DNA of 41,339 nucleotides, from the NCBI RefSeq assembly GCF_001194135.2, contig NC_068993.1:31358609-31399947 (forward strand), in the 5' to 3' direction. Of this stretch, positions 37,645 to 41,339 are shown one piece after another (positions within the stretch are counted from its first letter, which is position 1; every line of letters starts with the position of its first letter). Source of the DNA: Octopus bimaculoides. Its lineage: Eukaryota. Under the pieces are notes generated by a model. It worked only from the letters and a program-made list of their open reading frames with translations. It had not been told where the DNA came from and ran no database searches. The position numbers and the translations under genes were made by a program.

Positions 37645-38000
37645 GTTGTTGATTGGTACTTTGTATTATCGACCCTGGAAAGATGAAAGGCGAAGTTGTT
37701 CTCTGAGTGATTTGAACACAGAGCGTTAATAACTCGAACTATTATAACCAAAGCTCTACCAATTGACTGCAATAAATGATTTATGATTTATACACTCACA
37801 CATACACTCACACGCTCACATACATACATACATTACATACATACATATATAAATACATACATACATACATACAAAGCCATACATTTTGAAGAAAGAGCTG
37901 TCGATTTTATCGACCTCAGTACGTGACTTGTATTTTCTATTGAAAAATAAAATGACTGCTAATATTGGTCTCACCAGGATTTGAACTCACACCATAGTTC
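37645..38000 (+). mobile_element. Two degenerate SINE 3' fragments
   Basis: GGTACTTTGTATTATCGACCCTGGAAAGATGAAAGGCGAAGTTG...GATTTGAACACAGAGCG (~37655-37725) and the related GTCGATTTTATCGACCTCAGTACGTGACTTGTA...GGATTTGAACTCAC (~37900-37990); resemblance to an octopus SINE is from memory. Confidence 0.5.
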
Positions 38001-38999
38001 GAATTTGCAGGAGACAAAAGACGAAGACAGGCGAGAGAACAACAAGCAGGTTATTAGTTTGACGCTCGGGAAAATGGAAAAGTTTTTGACGTTACGAGCT
38101 TGCGCTCTTCGACAGAATGCCTTGAGATGGAAGAAAAATGGAGAGAGAACGAAGAAAACGGAGACAGAGAAAACATGTGCAGTATTGACGGTTCAACATG
38201 ATGAGATGACTGGAAGAATGAGGCTGAGTGAAAGGGAGATAATAATGGTGGCCGGGCTGAAATAGGGTGCGTAAGCGCGTATGTGTATGTAAGAATGGTG
38301 TGTGTGGGTGTGGATGTATGAACGGAGCCGAGCGCGTGAGAATGTATATGTTGGAGAGCTAAAAGCTATGTGAGCCTGTGTGTGCGTATTGGAGCGTGTC
38401 TGTGTGTGTTTAAGTAATCCGGTGCGTGCAGCGTGCGAATTGATGTGTGCCTATGGACGTATATATATGTGTGTGTGAGGCTGTGTATAGTTTGTGGGTG
38501 AGGTTACATTTATATAAAAAATATGTATGTATATAGGTATATACATAATTGAAAAGGATTTAAAAATCCGTATAAATCAAAAGTTATAGCTAAAGTGTAA
38601 AGGTGGAAACAGCACGAATGTATTTTTAGTGATTGTTTTATATTTGTTACATTGAGTAACTTTTATAAAATATTATCGGTTTTGATGTGTATGCGCATCT
38701 TAGGATTTGACTATCTGTGTGTGTGTGTGTGTGTCTGTGTGTATGAGTGTGCGTGTGTGTCTTGCTTTGTACTATATGCATTTTGGAGGAGGAACTATTT
38801 TTGCGTCAAAATGTTTTTTATTTCTTTTTATTCGAAAAATGGTCAGCTACATATACTGTGTTAAATGGGTTTCAATTGGGGGTAAATTATTTTATTGAAT
38901 TAACATTTAACAAACTCCATTTATATCGAGAATATGCTCAACTGCATGGTCAACAATCGAATTGAAAGTGCTTAGAAGGAAATGTTCTTCGTCTGCATT

Positions 39000-39600
39000 G
39001 TAGTATGCGTATGAGTGCGCGCGCGTGCGTGCCTGTGTCTATGCGTGTGTGTCTTTGTTTAACTTATTTGGTTTGTTTTTTCTGGTGTGCGTGTGTACGT
39101 GTGTTTGTATTTTGTGGTGTGCGTGTGTACGTGTGTTTGCATTTTGTGGTGTGCGTGTGTGTGCATGTGTGCTTTTTGTGGTGTGTGTGTGTGTGCATGT
39201 GTGCTTTTTGTGGTGTGTGTGTGTGTGTGTGCGTGTAAGGGTGTGTGTGTTTGTTTTTATTTGTGTGTGTGTATTTGTATTGGTTTTTGGAAATGTGTTG
39301 CTTCATATTTAGTAAAACTTTTTGTGCCTTTGTTATTATGTTGTATGTGTGTGTATGTTTGTTTCTTATTTGTGGTGTATGTCTGTATTTTTTTGTAGTG
39401 AGTGTATGTTTTGTTTTTTGGGGATATGTTGTGTTGTGTGTGGTAGGGTGTTTGTTTTAGTGGTGTATGCGTTTTGTTTTGGGGAATATTTTTTTTGGTG
39501 GTGGGGGATTATGTTGTTTTCTATATGGGGGTGGGGGTGATTGTTTTTCTTGGTGTGTGTGTGTGTGTGTGTTTCGTCTTTTGGGAATATGTTGTTTTGT
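39000..39600. repeat. G+T-rich degenerate minisatellite/low-complexity tract
   Basis: ~30 bp units such as TTTTGTGGTGTGCGTGTGTACGTGTGTTTGCA repeated at ~39080-39240, grading into TTG/TG-rich sequence. Confidence 0.8.
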
Positions 39601-39925
39601 AGAAGGAATTATTTGTGTCAGAATTTTTTTGAATAGCAGAATTATTTATGAACGTGTTTGTAAACTATAAATCCTTATTTATTGATTAATGTTGGATGTT
39701 TCTATATTTAATCATGGTTTATATTTGATAATGATTTGTTTTTCCTTATTTATTCTCTGTCGTTGAGTGAAAGAGTTCGAGCAATTGTAGAGGGGAATGA
39801 TTTTAAAGTTGGGTAAGTTTATTCCAGCACAATCTGCAGGAATTTTCTGCACAATCTGAAGGGAATTTTCCATGTATTCTCGTCTCGGATCTGTTGTTAG
39901 AGACTCGTAATATAATTGCGTTATA

Positions 39926-40258
39926 NNNNNNNNNNNNNNNNNNNNNNNNNNNNNNNNNNNNNNNNNNNNNNNNNNNNNNNNNNNNNNNNNNNNNNNNNNN
40001 NNNNNNNNNNNNNNNNNNNNNNNNNNNNNNNNNNNNNNNNNNNNNNNNNNNNNNNNNNNNNNNNNNNNNNNNNNNNNNNNNNNNNNNNNNNNNNNNNNNN
40101 NNNNNNNNNNNNNNNNNNNNNNNNNNNNNNNNNNNNNNNNNNNNNNNNNNNNNNNNNNNNNNNNNNNNNNNNNNNNNNNNNNNNNNNNNNNNNNNNNNNN
40201 NNNNNNNNNNNNNNNNNNNNNNNNNNNNNNNNNNNNNNNNNNNNNNNNNNNNNNNNNN
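39926..40258. other. Assembly gap with AT edges
   Basis: Run of N. Confidence 1.
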
Positions 40259-40299
40259 ATATATATATAGAACGCAATTATATTGCTAGTAGTCTTGCA

Positions 40300-41304
40300 C
40301 CAATAGTCAGTTGGTGCAAGATCTGGTGAATATGTTGGATGACAGAGCACTTCCAAGTTCAGTTCCTGTAACTTGAGTAGTCTTCTTTGTGCAACATGTC
40401 GCAAGCGCATTGGCCCGTCTCTATTTACCAATCTCGGCTGTTTGATGACAGGTCACTCAGCATTTCATCCAATTGCTTGATGTATACATCCGCTGTAATT
40501 GACCTACCAGGTTTCATGAAGCTGTAGTGGATGACACAAGTGCTGGACTACCAAACAGACACTATTAGCATTTTCTGGTGAATATTCATTTTTGGATTCT
40601 GTGTTGCACTTCACTTCTGTCGAACCACAGTGCAGAACGCTTGCTATTGTTGAAAAGATTCCGTTTTTTATTACACGTAACAATACGGTGCAAAAATGGT
40701 TCGCTTTAATGCTGTGACAACAAAAAGCAGCAAGTTTCAAGACGTGTCAGTTGATGCTCGTTCAGTTTGTCTGATACCCACTTGTCCAGCTTCTTTACAT
40801 TGCCGATTTGTTTCAGATGGTCCAATACAGTTGGAATCGAAACATCAAACCTTGCTGCTAACTGATACGTTGTTTGAGATGTATCAACTTCCACTACAGT
40901 TTCCATATCATCATTATCCACCTTGGTCTCAGGTCTATCACGAAATCATTCTGAAGAGTAAAGTCACCAGACCGGAACTTATCAAACCATCAGCGTACAG
41001 TGTGCACATTCGCCACATCTTCACCAAACACCTCACTGATGTTTCGAGCTATCTGGGATGCATTGGTTCCATGACGAAACTCATATTTATAAGCAACACA
41101 AATTGTTGATCTATCCATGTGTCCACAAAAATTAATTTCAACAGAAAACTTACAATATAATCAGAGACCATGATTTGCATTTCGAAAAGTGATAATGTTA
41201 CTCTTTAATGTTGTAAAACAAAGAATTGTCAGAATAAAACAATAGAGTTTACGACTGTCAAACTTGGTGTATAAAAAATCGGACTTTTCATTCTTAATGA
41301 CCTG

Positions 41305-41305
<1 letters not shown>
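40300..41305 (-). mobile_element. Mariner (DD34D-type) transposon, 3'-truncated and decayed
   Basis: Start MDRSTICVAYKYEFRHG at 41118; WFDKFRSGDF, LAARFDVS..TVLDHLKQIG.VKKLDKWV, LEVLCHPTYSPDLAPTDY; probable left TIR TCAGGTCATTAAGAATGAAAAGTCCG ending ~41305 next to TA repeats. Confidence 0.88.

Positions 41306-41339
<34 letters not shown>

Overview
Eukaryotic, AT-rich, microsatellite-dense DNA with six assembly gaps and no recognisable host exon. The repeat landscape suggests a cephalopod (Octopus-like) intergenic or intronic region; that taxon is inferred, not shown. Almost all interpretable sequence is decayed mobile DNA: two Neptune-like Penelope-like elements (PLEs; RT plus GIY-YIG), a third PLE of a different, probably Hydra-clade type, four R4/Dong-type non-LTR fragments with restriction-like endonuclease, a Ty3/Gypsy 5' half with LTR and PBS, a near-complete Chapaev3-like DNA transposon with long imperfect TIRs, Tc1, maT-like and mariner relics, an L1/Tx1-like ORF1, RTE fragments and tRNA-derived SINEs. 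The signal the ORF track misses is non-coding. Four type I hammerhead ribozyme (HHR) motifs can be read directly (12266-12353 +, 30443-30487 +, 36243-36312 -, 36832-36901 +). Each lies in or beside a fold-back (inverted-repeat) structure; the two at 36-37 kb and the one at 30 kb are bounded by (AT)n tracts. One is a ~1.2 kb tandem-plus-inverted array with a 468 bp period, resembling a retrozyme or PLE pseudo-LTR family. All alignments, translations and RNA folds were done by eye.
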